Positions 24,097 to 38,091 of a DNA stretch of 64,000 bases are shown here, piece by piece (positions within the stretch are counted from its first letter, which is position 1; each line of letters opens with the position of its first letter). The translations under genes were made by a program, and so were the position numbers. The notes under the pieces are model-generated. The model was not told where the DNA came from. It did not search any database and worked only from the letters and a program-made list of their open reading frames with translations. Source of the stretch: Mobula hypostoma (lineage: Eukaryota); the NCBI RefSeq assembly GCF_963921235.1, contig NC_086107.1, forward strand, positions 104,658,001 through 104,722,000. Reading direction: 5' to 3'.

Positions 24097-27000
24097 AAAG
24101 TGATGAATCAAATAATCACAGGAAATGTAAAGTAACAGCCTGAAATTATACATTCTAATAGGAAGTACAATATGAACTAAATACAGTTTTAATCTGAGTG
24201 CAGATATGACAGACCAGAGGATGCAGAGAAACAAATTTCTAAAGATTTTGGGACAATTTGATAAGGGTTTTACATGGGATCTTTGGCTTTACCAAAAGAG
24301 GAATGTACTGTAGCAAGAAATTATGGTCAGGCTCAGATGGCTTAGGATGTTCAATTTAAGAAATTCCAAAAATCTAAATTTAGATCCCAATGTAGTAGCA
24401 GTGAATGCTGGTCTTGTACACCTCCTGAGAGAAGAATAAACCATAGGGGCGATTTAGTGTAATGGTGCTAGGTTTGTATAGTGAGACAGTAAACTGGTTG
24501 ATTACTTTTGGAACAGAGAGATGTTTAGTGAGAAATTTATTAAGATGATTAAGATCAAGAGGGTTTTGATAGTAAATAGGAGAAGCTTTAGCAATAGATA
24601 GAGGACATAATATAAATTTAAGGGACTGGCAAAAGAGCAAGACAAGATTAAACAACTGAAAACGCATAATACATCACAAATAAAATTAACATTTCAAACA
24701 AAGATCTTTCATTAGAATCGACCTGAAATGTTATCTCCTTTTCTCCTTTTACAGGTGTTATTTGATCTGCTTATGTATTTGGAGCATTTTCTGTTTTTAT
24801 TTCTCGAGCATCTGCAGCATTTTCAGTGAGTGCTGAACTATTTTTTGTTAGCAGAATGAGTTATTGTTTAGAAAGCAATTCCTTACAATGGAAAGAATGC
24901 GGTAAGAGCTTTCAAAATTAACAAATTACAGTAAAATATACAGAACAATGAAGTACATTTCATTGCAGTTTGAGCAAGTAACCACAATGGAATAAATTGC
25001 CTTCTCTAATGCAGTATCAGTTTGTGATTTGCTCCAACATGACTGCTGGCTTGTCAAAAGAGTTAGCCAAATGGTTATTTATGAATCTACTTCCACAGTG
25101 TGTGTAACTTGTGCACTGAAACAAATGTCCTCGCTGCCCTCTATTGTGGCACTTCTATCAAAGTTATGATATCAAAGTCGTAATTTCTCTGTCTATTTTT
25201 AACTGTTAATAAATTTAAATGTAGATAGAAATAACTTCTCAATTTAATATGAATATTTTCTTTTAAAGTATGTATTACATCTAATAAAATTTGCTTTATA
25301 AGATGGTAACTTCTGGATACTTACACAGAGGATCATTTTTCCTCAAATATGTAATTAGGGCTTTGTCAACTTTACGTGGAGTATCCATTGATTCAGACCA
25401 AATGTAGGAAACACTTTGAAGACGATGTTTAAGGAGCCAAGAATTCCTTAAGAAAACAGATTTGTTTTCTGTAGTTTAGATGGCAACCATATGTCTTCCC
25501 AGGGGCTCCAACCCATGCAGTGCCTCAGCCAGCTGCTTTTAAAAAATCAATTGCAGTTCTCTACCACAAAGAAATAAACTGTTTAGAACTTCTCAAATAT
25601 ATTGTGGCAGCTTTGTTTCCGGGTTTAAAAAGTAAAGTTGGGCATGTTATAATACTATTTACAGAACTGGCTGAGAAAGTTGGGAGTTTTACTTCAAAAA
25701 TGCTTGAATTTTGAGATCCAATCCAGGTCTCTAAAATAAAGAAAACGATTAGGGTCAGTCAATGGATGGAGTAAAGAGAACCAAGGGACATGAATATCGG
25801 TATCTTTCATAAATGTATTAGATGTTACTATATCCTTTGTTTTATAGACACAGGAATAGATGATAGGTACAGTCAGTCTGGAATCAATGCAAGCAATCAA
25901 GAGAGATAGATTTGCTTACGAGCAGCTAAATTTCTCCATATTTGGAAAACAGACATTGGGTTGCCTTTGAGGTTGGAGGGGATTTTTTTAAAAAACATAA
26001 ATTCATTGACAATTTTTTGCTGCTCCAGGAGTGTGTAAAATGTGTGATAAGGTCAGCAGTTTGAGTGTAATAATGGACAACAGTTTCACTTTGCTGGAAA
26101 GAGACTAACTTGGTGCATTCTTTTCTTTATATGCAATAATTGGCTTTTTAGGCCAGTAATAACTTTTATGTAGAAATAGAATGTTGTGACTGGATGAAAT
26201 ATGCAGGAGTTGACTGAATCAGTCTGTAGTATTCTTTATTGTAGTTTTGATGAGAATACAACAATAATGAAATAAATTTAAAAAATTGATATAAACACTG
26301 ATACATAACATGCAGGGAAAACCAATTAAAAAGCATGGTCAATGGAGAGTTAATGCTAGTATCTCCATAATTTGATTGGTAAGAAATGAAGAATTATGTT
26401 CTGTCTTCACTGCTTGTCTTGTGAGAGTAATTCCTTTGGATCCATGAGAGCCTCATTTATATAGAGTGAAAAAAAACTTTATAGAGCATTACTTTAGTTC
26501 TGAACACCAATTATGTTCGTATTTAAACTATAAATAATAGAACATTTTTAAAACCTTACTGCTTAACCCCTGATTTCAGTATCTCTGGGCTAGGTGTGAT
26601 CTTGATAACCATACATCGTATGTGAGTAGCTTTCAGGCAGCGTAGAATGTATCCTAACATGAATCCTAATATGAAATCAACTTTATTGAATATATGGTGA
26701 GGATTATGGCAGATTAGGAGGATTGTCAGGAAGATGTACACCATTGTGGACTGGTTGTTGTTCTAATTAGCTTCTTGTCATATTGCAATAAAGAGATTTT
26801 TAAAAAAACAGTTTATAATCAATATGCAAGTTCCTCTTTAAGGTAGTAATTGTCGTTAGCCTTCATTCAATATATCTGTTGATAAATGTCATTTCAAATT
26901 TGTGTGGTCTGTTTTTTGTTTGGATTAGCAGTTTGTCATGGAAAGCATATGTGCTCTTCCTTTTGCTCCATTGGCAATGTTCCATTATGTTATCAGATCC

Positions 27001-27559
27001 TTATGGGGTCTTGCCCTAGTGCTGCCTTTATGTGATTGTGTCTGTTTGTAGATTTGGAAGCAATGAAGAAAACTGTTTTTTTGTCTCAAATCTTGTGGCC
27101 AATCTTGTGAGTTGAACTATCAAAGCCAGATTCAGCCTGTGTACAAATATTCTTTTATGAAATTGTGCCTCTAGAAGGTTGTTAGCTTCAGAGGTATGAA
27201 ATGTTCATTAGGATTTAAAGGTTGAAATATGTGAATTATGCTTTTGAGTGCTTGTGAGTCACTTAATATAATTGATTCCAGATGCTCTGAGAATAGAGTC
27301 AAAGGACAAAGATTGCCAGTGTTTAAGCTTAGCTCTAAGTCCTGAGCATTTCCTGTGCTGAGTTGGATCAAATGTCCCCAATTATATCCATGCCTTTGGC
27401 AAAAGCAATATCCACTAATGTCCACGTCATGAGGTTTTTAGCAAAATGCTGGATTCTCTCGGATTCAGGATATGTTGCATGTAGGGCAAGCGGCGAAGCT
27501 GGTTGTACATTATTGCATGCTAAACTATATAGTTTTAAAAATTTGCATATATAACCATA

Positions 27560-28291
27560 TCTGTTTAGGTTATTGGGCCATCGATTAATTGGGACAGTCT
27601 TTATTTGGAACAACTGTCAAATAAGAACAAAAACTTCATTTATTTGGAATACTGTGCCACTTAATTGGGACAGGAGACTCACATGGCCATGCTTCAAGCA
27701 AACAGTTTTAAATAGTATTAGTTGTCTGTCTGTGTTCAAAAAGCAGTGTTTTTTGTCACTGACAATTGGTAAGAAATAAGCAGTAAGACAATTAGAACTG
27801 TTTTGCTCACTGTGATTTCAAGCATTTAGGCTTGGAGATGTCAGAAGCATTCAGGAGTGAAATTGAAATGATTTCACTACCTCAACAAGTAAGGAACTAT
27901 AAAGAATTTGAAGGTGTCATCAATTATCTTGCATGTTACAATGAAAATGAAGACTTCGAGCATGGAATCTTGACAGCATTGTATGAAGACAAACCACTAT
28001 CTACACTAAGCATCATCATTGATTTTGTTCATTTACAGGCAAAAGAATGCCACACAAATGAATTCCTCTGTTGATAAGTATTAGGAACTAATATACACTT
28101 CTATAGTACTGTAATAACATAGGTATTGTTCTAATTTGTTCTGTATTTCATTTAAATACATAACTTGTTATTCAGTTTGTCTTTTTTAATACCTTTTAAC
28201 TATTTCCATGAAACTTTGGCTAATTATTGCTGCCGCTTAATTGGGCCAAAATGTACTGGTCCTGATGTGTTCCAATTATCGGAATCCACTG
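27560..28291 (+). mobile_element. Non-autonomous Tigger/pogo-like element (left end decayed)
   Basis: Right end ..CCAATTATCGGAATCCACTG|TA. Repeated TTAATTGGG subterminal motifs. Acidic transposase C-terminal remnant in ORF 27832-28074. Confidence 0.6.
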
Positions 28292-30005
28292 TAATTGTAA
28301 TACAGTTCCTTGGTCTTTCAAGCCATGAAGAACAGGTTTAGTTCATCTAGCCATTTTCCTGAATGCTGATATATTGTAACCTCTGTGCCATCAATGTAGT
28401 CTCCATGTACAGTTGTTGATGAGACCCTAAAAAAGCATCATTTTAAAAACAGGAATATCTGCTACAACTCTAAGGCAATCATGTTCCAAAATTATCATCA
28501 GTCACTGGTCCAAATGGTATAGGATGCATCAGAGGTAAAATGTTTTCATCCAAGGATTCACCTTTATATCGACTTCTTTCATTCTTTCTTTGTTTCTTAT
28601 GGAGGAAAGATTATACAAAAATTGGTTCCTGCTTTTTGCGTTGTTGCTTTTTTTTAGGGAAGAACCAATACTGTCAATATATATAAACATTCTATATAAA
28701 TTTGAACAGATCTGTGTGCAGGTTGTTGAATTAGAAGTTATTTGCGTTTTTTTTTGTGGCTTTGGTCAGATTACAAAGGATTTATCTTTTTTCCCTAATC
28801 CAGTGTTTTCCTGGAGATAACATGAGGCTTGAGGCTGTAGCCTTGGAATCTTTCTGAGGCAGATTTAATTAATCTAATGAAAAACTTGATGCAGTTGCAA
28901 ATGCAAACGTTTTTCTTAAAGCATGACAATAAAGTCATGAACTATTTATTTTCCATTACAAGACTACTGTAGAAATTGTTTTTATTTGCATATTTGATAG
29001 AAATATAGTTTGACCTGTGGCACTCAAAACTGAAGTCTGAGGTAATCTAATAAAGCAGTTCTTTCATTACAATCACTTTCACACTTAAAAAATGCCTCCA
29101 GAAATCTGGAAAAGAAATATTAAGAACTTAAAAATCTAGGAATCACACGAGGAAGAAGCTGGGGTGAAAACAATAAGAGCAACCTATGAAATGTCACTTA
29201 TTTGCAGAGATCATCAAACTAGAAAAGTTTGAAAAGTAAGTCTGAGTGCAAAAATATGAAAATGAATGCTGGTTAATGGGGTCTTTGGGGTGTTTGGAAG
29301 GAGTAAGTATATTCGGAGAAAGAATAGCTGATGCCTAAGGCTGATTACCAGAAAATACTCCTACTCTTGTTAAAACTGATTTTTTTTTTAATATTAAGGA
29401 ATGCATGATAGATCTTCAGATATTGCTAAGGTCAAGTGATACCGGCTTGGTGAAGGAAGTGATGCTGAAATTAGAAGATTTGCCATGATCTGATTAATGT
29501 TGGAGCAGGCACATGAGCTGAATAGTTGATTTATTTTATTTCTATATTTATCTTATTTTTATATTTTCCATTTCTAAGCTAGAAAATGTGATAGGAAGAA
29601 TTTTGTTTTGGTCAGGTCTAATTTATGTGAGATTATGTATTTAGCATGAAAGTTTGGAAAACTTGTACAAGTCCTTGAAAAATTCAAGTGCTTCAGTACA
29701 TGGTAGTGTGCATTACTAGCTCTAAATATCTGAAGCCTGGATTATAGTGCCTCCAGTGAAATAGCTCAATGGTCTTGTGATTTAGGACCTAAACGTGCAG
29801 AATTGTTGAGAATCATCTGTTATATGGAATGACTGAAACAAGAGTCCCATTCAGTTTTCTGAAAGTATGGGAGTTTTATGAAGTAATTAAAATGCTCTGG
29901 TATTTATTACTTGGGAGATAGAATTACTTCATTTTTCCATAGTTGCAAATTTTAAATGTACTGCATCTTAAGCTACACTGTCACATTTCTGTTCTCTATA
30001 AGGAT

Positions 30006-30660
30006 TTAGATTATGAGGACACTCAGTCCTCGTTTATTGTCATTTAGAAATGCATGCATTAAGAAATGATACAATGTTCCTCCAGAGTGATATCACAAAA
30101 AAACTGGTCAAACCAAAGACTAACACTGACAAGACCACATAATTATAACATATAGTTACAGCAGTGCAAAGCAATACCATAATTTGATAAAGAGCAGACC
30201 ATGGGCACGGTAAAGAAAAGTCTCAAAGTTCCGATTGACTCCCGATAGCAGGCAACAAAAGGGAGAAACTCTCCCTGCCATACACCTCCAGGCGCCGACA
30301 ACTGCCGATGCATTGGAAGCACCCGACCACAGCCAACTCTAAGTCCGTCTGAAAACTTCGAGCCTCCGACCAGCTCTCTGACACCGAGCACCATCTCTGC
30401 CGAGCGCTTTGACCCCGCCCCGACCGCCGAGCAACAAGCAAAGCCGAGGACTCGGGGCCTTCTCCTCCGGAGATTCTGGATCACACAGTAGCAGCGGCAG
30501 CGAAAAAGGCGTTTCAGAAGTTTCTCCAGATGTTCCTCCGTTCTCTCACGTCTGTCTCCATCAAATCAGGATTGTGCACGGCACCCTACTTGACAGATTA
30601 CAGATATCATTCACCGGAATGGCTGCTGTGGGCTGTGTCACGCTGCCATCTTCTCCTCCT
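30006..30660 (-). mobile_element. ~650 bp non-autonomous non-LTR element, copy 1
   Basis: Colinear with 63044-63706. The minus strand starts GGAGAAGATGGCAGCG and ends ATGACAATAAA, a GAGGAC-N5-GTCCTC hairpin and an ATCTA tail. Confidence 0.85.
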
Positions 30661-33600
30661 TTGGGACCATTGGAGAGAGTGTAAGGTGTCCAAATGAAAA
30701 ATGTACTAGAAGTGAGAGAGCACTGGATTGGGAAAGGTGGATCAGTTGGTATTTGTGAATGTACTGGCAGAGTACATGTGAGTAGACTTAAAACTAAGGG
30801 TAATGAATATAAAATGGTACTAAAATCAGGGAAATATATTCAAAGAGTGGCTAGACCATGGGACCATTTACCACAAAGTGGTTGAAAACATATACTGCTC
30901 AAAAACACAGTACAAGCAAAAAAGGAATACGATGAGATGCAAAAATATTGAGATCAGATAGATGCATCATTTATAGTTTAAACATTAGGTGAGAGTAGCT
31001 GAATTAAAAGGCATGCAATTCGAAAAACAGGGAACTATAGTGTGTCAAATGCAAAACTAAAGTTTGTTGCTCTCTGTAAGCCAGAAATTAACTGAGAGAG
31101 CCGCTAAAAGTGATGTTTAAAAAAAACATTGGAAATTGGATGATTCAAGCACACCATCGAAATCCCTAAAACCTTTTCATACCTACAAAGCATAGGTCAC
31201 CAGTGTAATGAAAAATTCTGCACCTCAGTGATGAGTGCAATCTTAACAAATCTCAGGATACTTAGCATCATCTAGTACAAAGTATCAGTTTGACCACTGG
31301 TGTTTTCAGCTGTACTGTTCACAAGATTTGCTTAACGTTCATGTACCATATATTCATTTTTGAATAATTAATGTTACTAGTAACTCTCATTGTAATTCAG
31401 TCACTAAAAATTGTTTAAAATCTTAACTTAAAAGTGAACTTCTGATTTTCTATTATTTACACTATAAATTCAAATAGATTTTGAATATATTTATTGGGGG
31501 AGATCCAAAGATTTACAGAACTCTGCATAAATTAGTTTCCCCTCAGTTCACATTGGCCAACCCCATTCTGAAAGCATTGTCTTAGTTCTGGATTGCCCGA
31601 CTGAAACAGCTTCTCAGTCCCTACCAAAATTTTGCATGAATTAATAAGATCTAAACTCCAGTGACCAGTTCCTAATCTTACTGAATCACTTCTGTTGAAG
31701 TAACTTAGCCCAGAAACCTATGCTATGCTGCTGTCAAAGTGGATAATCTTGCATTTCACATTTTCCCTTGCTTAACCTATTCATCCCATGTTGTAGATTC
31801 TTTGCATCCTCCTCTCCCACCATCATTGTAATAAGAACAATTTTGCTCCTTCATTTGAATCATCAATATAGATTGTAAATAACTCTGACCAGTAACTGAT
31901 CCCTATTGCACCATAGTAGTTAGAGCATGCCAATCCAAATATCATTTATCCCCTCTCTGGCCAAATGACATATTGTGACAGGTTTCTTCCTATGTAGGAT
32001 GTTAGTGAATCAATGTGCTTTTACAACAGTCCAGTAGATTTTGAAGTCATTTTAAACTAAGACTAGTAGTTTAAAAATTCAGTTGAATTTAAGTTTTATG
32101 CAGGATCTTTACTTCTCAATGGAATGTATTTTATTGAGAATTATGGAATCTCCTCTGAAATGTCTGCTGTTGTTTTATCTATTGTCTGCATTTTAATCTA
32201 TTTCCCTCTCCACTTCAGACATCTGTGATCTCTGTTGTCATCCCTCTTTTACATTTAAGTCAACTAGTTTCAGCCTTGGCGTTCTCACTTCCAAGCTTAT
32301 CAGGGAATTCTAGTACGTTCTCACTGTTCTCCAGAGGTGCTGTAAATAAATATTTTTTCACATGAAGGTGTCTAAAAAGATCAGTGTTCTCTTTACTTCA
32401 ATCATACATTTTGAGAAACAGTGCCAAATATATTGATTAAACTTGTCATCAAGTTATCAGTTTGATTTATCCATTTTATTGGCAGGAATTATTGTGGTGC
32501 TTTTTTTTTGCAGGATTTTATTTTTTTTCTTGATTTACACAATTATATCTGATTCTGATCTTAGCTGGTGTTGGGCAGTCTAGAGATGTTGCTAGTAATG
32601 ACTTTGCATTACTGTGTTTTGTCTTCTCCCAATTGATTCCATATCTCGACAATTCAATCATGCCTCAACTACATTATGACATTCTTTATGAACTGTTTAA
32701 TATTCTTCTCTTTTCTGTCTATTCATTCAAAATATTGACTCACCAGAGTATTTAGTTTCTGACTTTGGCTATTTTGCAGTATGTCTTGATCATGTTTATT
32801 GAATAATGTTCCCATTTTATTTGGACCAGCAAATTGGAGATCTTGGTATGTTGTAGCATTTAATGGAATCAATTTTGTGATTTTCTGTACTTTATTTGTA
32901 GGAGAACTTATAAATTTGAATCTTATGGCTTTTATAGTCCCACTCATTAACATTATTTCTCTTACTACCCTGCACTTTTGCCTTGCTCCTCCTCTTCACC
33001 ATTTTATATCCCTGTCTCCCACCCCATCCATTATGCCTCATCACTGTCAAAATAAAATCAATCTAGTGTAAAGCCTTACCTATCACCCCATGAGTTGTAA
33101 TCCACTTCTCTCGATGGCCTTTGAGTCATACTTAGGCCACTGATCAAACATGTATTAGTTACCCTAAGGACCAGAAGACATAAATATTAAGGTGTAAAAT
33201 TTAGAGGGGATCTAAGGGAAAAACATTAATCAAGGAGGTGATTGCCATCCAGAATACACTGCCCTAGGTGATGGTGAAGGAAGGTACTCTAATGACATTT
33301 CAGCATATGGAAAAATACTTGGAATTGCGAGGCATTGTAGGCTGCAGATCAAGTAATGGTGAATAGCATTAGTATAGATAGTTGGATGGTCAGCATGGGT
33401 CTGGTGGGCTGAAGGGTCTTTTCTGTATCTGTTGATGACTCTTGGAACAATCCTCTTCTCTAATGTTTGGTGTTTGAAGTTCAAGCTGCAGTGCAACATT
33501 CTGAGCCAAAATTCAAGCTACAAATATTTACTCCAGGTAGGACCACTGATCTCATAACAATTCCCACATACTACAGCTGCAACTCATCTTTCATGTTGTA

Positions 33601-33810
33601 ATAACTAAATTCATGACTCTTATCTAACTGTTAATATAATTAAGAATACCAATATTTGGAAAGAGTTACAATATAGAATGAAACCCTTCAAGACAGAAGG
33701 AATAAATACAATAATATTCATCTATGATTTGCTGATCTGTAATGTCATATTGTTTTCTTTCTCTCCTTTTTATATTCATTATTTGGATTGCTCCTACTAG
33801 TGCATTGTAT

Positions 33811-34406
33811 TCAATTGAATTGACTTTATTTCTTACATCCTTCATACCCATGAGTAAAAAATCTTTGTTACGTAGCCATCTAAATGTGCAATTTATAGTA
33901 ACTTACAATAAATAGTACATACAACAGGATAATCTATATAACATAGAAATACAATTGTAACAGCATGAATTAATCAGACTGATGGCCTGGTGGAAGAAGC
34001 TGTCCCGGAGTCTATTGGTCCTGGCTGTTATACTGTTTCCCAGATGATAGCAGCCGGAACAGTTTGTGGTTGGGTGACTTGGGTCCCCAGTGATTCTTCG
34101 GGCCCCTATTACACACCTGTCTCTGTAAATGTCCTGAATAGTGGGACATTCACATCTACGGATGTGCTGGGCTGTCCGCACCACTCTCTGTATAGACCTG
34201 TGATTGAGGGAAGTATAGTTCCCGTACCTGGCAGGATGCTCTCAATTGTGCCCCTTTAGAAAGTATTTGGGGGCCCATACCAAACTTCTTCAACTGTTTG
34301 TGGTGAAAGAGGTGCAGTTGTGCCTTTTTCACCACACAGCTGGTATATACAGACCTTGTGAGATCCTTGGTGATGTGTATGCCGAGGAACTTTAAGCTGT
34401 TCACCC
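33811..34406 (-). mobile_element. Rex1/Babar 3' fragment (same subfamily as 23648-24096)
   Basis: ORFs 34156-34404 (KFLGIHITKDL..KKAQLHLF) and 33903-34184 (RLRDSFFHQAISLINS). CAATT repeat tail. Confidence 0.85.
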
Positions 34407-35717
34407 TTTTACATTAATGGATCTGGGGTTGACAGTGATGAGGCATAATGCATGGGGTGGGGAGAGGGGATATAAAATGGTGAAGAGGAGAAGCAAAGCA
34501 AAAGTGCAGGATAGCAAGAGAATACAAGATCACAAATGCAACACTAACATTTAAAACAGGGTAAGAAAAACAGGGAAAAGCTTATGTTGGCAGTTAACTT
34601 AACCAGACCAGTTAGTATGATGTTCGTTATCTGCAAAATGCAGGAATCTCTTAAGGGTGAAATGCTAGAGCAGTGATTATGGAATAAACATTTTATGAAA
34701 GGAAAACGTACATCAAATTTGAGTGCTCTTTAAGGATGTAGCTAATATAGAGTCCAGTTCCACAAACTTAAATTTGATCTTAAATTATAATTTCCTTTAC
34801 ATTGTTAATGTGATCAGTGACAGCTGCACAGGTAATCAGCTGGTTAGTTAGAGCTATTAATTGCTGTCAGAAGAAACTGGTTCAGGGATATGCATTTTTT
34901 TTGATAACTTTAGCACAAGAAGCTTTTGCAGATATACAGAATCTAATTCCAAATACTGCAAAGAGTACTAAAATTGGGATTTTGATCAGTGGGAGAAAAA
35001 GGTGCGGTATTTATACTTTGAAAAAACATCTGAGTTGAAATTATACAACAGGAAGAATGGTGACCTTGTATTCCAGAAGTTAAGGAATTTTAGAAAGAAT
35101 ATTAATGTATCTGTCATATCTAAGGTCAGAGTTTAAAAAGGCTGTTAGGCCCAGGAGCTATATGCAGTTTTAATTTCCTTAATATCTCTAATACAGGTTT
35201 CCCCCGTCATCCAAAGGTTGAGCGTTCCTATGAAATGGTTTGTAAGCCGAAATGTCGTAAAGCGAAGAAGCAATTACCATTTATTTATATGGGTAAATTT
35301 TGTGAGCGTTTGCAGACCCAAAAATAACTGACCAAATCATGCCAAATAGCACATAAAACTTAAAATAACAGTAACATATAGTAAAAGCAGGAATGATATG
35401 TTAAATACACAGCCTATATAAAGTAGAAATACTTTTCCACAATCATTACTGAACTGTTTTCCGTAGCGAAAATCCCATGCAAGCGCCATCAGCAGAAAAT
35501 CTCACGCAAGCGCTTTTGGCAAGAACACTCTCTCCAGTAACCTTTAATCTATGAAGCTGCAAAATCATACCAAATAACACCTAAAAATACACAGCCTATA
35601 TAAAGTAGAAATAATGTAGAAATAATACTACAGTGTAGTATCACCTACCGGAATCAGGACAGCACCGAGCACACTGATGATGGTGTGTTAGACTGAGTCG
35701 TCGCAGGCTGGGTGGTA

Positions 35718-36058
35718 CAGTGGCCCCCACCCTCTGGGCCACCAATCGATACCGATCTGTGAAGCATGCAGGGGTCCAGTGGTAGCCGGGAGGTACACAG
35801 CACATATGAGAAAAAAGCCGAATCAAACATGCTAATTAATTAGGTGCCGCCCATAATTGTCGGCCCAGATCAGTGCCGATTTCCGATTGTGTAGTCTCTG
35901 ATCTGGGCCGACAATTACGTGTCGGGCGGCACCTAATTAATTAGCATGTTTATTTCGGCTTTTTTCTTAAAGATGTGCTGTGTGCCTCCCGGCTACCTTT
36001 GCATTCTCTGCGAATTGGTATCTGTCCATGGCTTGGGGGTTGGGGTGGTGGGACACTG
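35718..36058. mobile_element. Palindromic hAT MITE inside the Tigger
   Basis: Ends CAGTGGCCCCC.. and ..GGGACACTG. Near-perfect internal inverted arms of ~90 bp. Flanks GGGTGGTA and GGGTGTCA match at 6/8, consistent with a decayed 8 bp TSD. Confidence 0.75.
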
Positions 36059-36455
36059 GGGTGTCATCTCGTCATCTGTTTCCATTAGAGCAGGCAGCTC
36101 ATCTTCTACTTCTGCCCGCCTCGATGTTGAAAGTCGAGGTTCGTCGTCTGCTGTGGCTGATGTGGAAGGCTTGCTTGACTGCAGAGCCTCGTGCAATTTT
36201 CTGTCACACAGTTCTTTAATAAGGACTCAAACCATCCTGCAAATATCTCCTAAACTGATGTACCCTTTCAAAATTAAAGTCGTACTTTATCATTACTCAT
36301 TCGGTTTTGATTTTTATCCTTTTTTCTTCCAATTGCATCAGCTCTTCATCTGTCAGTTCTTGGTGATGGGATGCCAAAACCTCTTCAACATCAAGTTCGT
36401 CAGCTTCCACAAGCCAAACTCACGTTGTCCTTACTTCGTTCACCACGATCAAAAC

Positions 36456-37252
36456 TTTGGTGGCAAAAATAGGAAAACAGATTATTATCTGAATGGTGGC
36501 CGATTAGGAAAAGGGGAGGTGCAACGAGACCTGGGTGTCATTATACACCAGTCATTGAAAGTGGGCATGCAGGTACAGCAGGCGGTGAAAAAGGCGAACG
36601 GTATGCTGGCATTTATAGCGAGAGGATTCGAGTACAGGAGCAGGGAGGTACTACTGCAGTTGTACAAGGCCTTGGTGAGACCACACCTGGAGTATTGTGT
36701 GCAGTTTTGGTCCCCTAATCTGAGGAAAGACATCTTTGCCATAGAGGGAGTACAAAGAAGGTTCACCAGATTGATTCCTGGGATGGCAGGTCTTTCATAT
36801 GAAGAAAGACTGGATGAACTGGGCTTGTACTCGTTGGAATTTAGAAGATTGAGGGGGGATCTGATTGAAACGTATAAGATCCTAAAGGGATTGGACAGGC
36901 TAGATGCAGGAAGATTGTTCCCGATGTTGGGGAGGTCTAGAACGAGGGGTCACAGTTTGAGGATAGAGGGGAAGCCTTTTAGGACCGAGATTAGGAAAAA
37001 CTTCTTCACACAGAGAGTGGTGAATCTGTGGAATTCTCTGCCACAGCAAACTGTTGAGGCCAGTTCATTAGCTATGTTTAAAAGGAAGTTAGATATGGCC
37101 CTTGTGGCTACAGGGGTCAGGGGGTATGGAGGGAAGGCTGGGTTCTGAGTTGGATGATCAGCCATGATCATAATAAATGGCGGTGCAGGCTCGAAGGGCC
37201 GAATGGCCTACTCCTGCACCTATTTTCTATGTTTCTATGTTTCTATGTTTCT
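36456..37252 (+). mobile_element. Young 5'-truncated CR1
   Basis: Uninterrupted RT C-terminal frame (FGGKNRKTDYYLNG..RPHLEYCVQFWSP). (TATGTTTC)n tail. TSD AAAAC at 36451-36455 and 37253-37257. Confidence 0.95.
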
Positions 37253-37704
37253 AAAACGCTTAATTATGTCTAGTTTTACCGTAAGTGTAACACCCTTATG
37301 AGCTCTTTCAGGCTTTTCCAATACCATAGAACTCATCTTGCAAACGGCTGCTCACAGGCACGTGTTAAAGCAATGCAGTTCCGAATCCGGGGGAGAGTGG
37401 CTGCTTGGGGCACGCTGCCTTTTATTGCGCGCTGATTTTTTTTTATCATGTGCTGAATTTTTTTTCGTAACAGTGAAAACACCTTCTGAAAGCGAAAACA
37501 GGGTACTAATGTAGGTCTTTCGTAACAGTGAAGTTTCATAAAGGGAACGTTAAAAAAGCGGGGGACACCTGTACTTTCTAATTAAACATTTTAAGTAATT
37601 ATTTCATTAGACCTTTAGTTCCTCTTCATTTCTGATGCAACTCCTGCCTTCTGCAGTATAGAGAGATGAAAAATAATTGTTCAATAACTGAGTCATTTAT
37701 TTGT

Positions 37705-37806
37705 AACACATACAAAATGCTGGAGGAACTCAGCAGACCAGGCAGCATCTATGGGGAGAAAAAAGTAACCAGTTGATGTTTCGGGCTGAGGCCCTTCATC
37801 AGGATT
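37705..37806 (-). mobile_element. Solo PLE 3' end (pLTR-like) with decayed hammerhead
   Basis: Homologous to 51136-51231. Minus strand reads AATC-CTGATGA-AGGGCCTCAGCCC-GAAAC-ATC-AACT. Confidence 0.85.
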
Positions 37807-38091
37807 GGATTTTCCCCCCCTCAGTCCCCACATGCTATCTTCTCCCTGCTGCCATCAGAGAGAAGGTACAGGAAGAAGCCACAGGACCTACACAACCAGG
37901 TTCAAGAATAAGTACTACCCTTCAACAATCAGGGGTCTAAAACAAAAGGAGATAACTTGGCTCAACTTCACTTGCCCTACCATTGAAACCAATGGAGTCA
38001 CTTTCAAGGACTCTTCATCTCATGTTCTTCATATTTATTGCTATTTATTTTTATTTAAATTTGCACAGTTTGTCTTCTGCACGCTGGTTGA

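Larger units (their letters stand above)
35194..37571 (-). mobile_element. Internally deleted Tigger/pogo transposon hosting a hAT MITE and a CR1
   Basis: TA|CAGGTTTCCCCCG ... CGGGGGACACCTG|TA. The minus strand encodes a CENP-B-like N-terminus (MSSMVLEKPERAHKGVTLTVKLDIIKRFDRGE, rejoined across the CR1) and an acidic C-terminus (DVEEVLASHHQELTDEELMQLEE). Confidence 0.9.

Noticed and set aside
27052..27106. Candidate 55 nt exon (TTTGTAG|..|GTGAGT)
   Set aside because: No recognisable peptide. Such motif pairs are expected by chance in 64 kb.
35946..37148. 400 aa ORF that looks like a novel fusion protein
   Set aside because: It is chance read-through of MITE and antisense Tigger sequence into the inserted CR1 RT C-terminus. 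There is no evidence of a gene.
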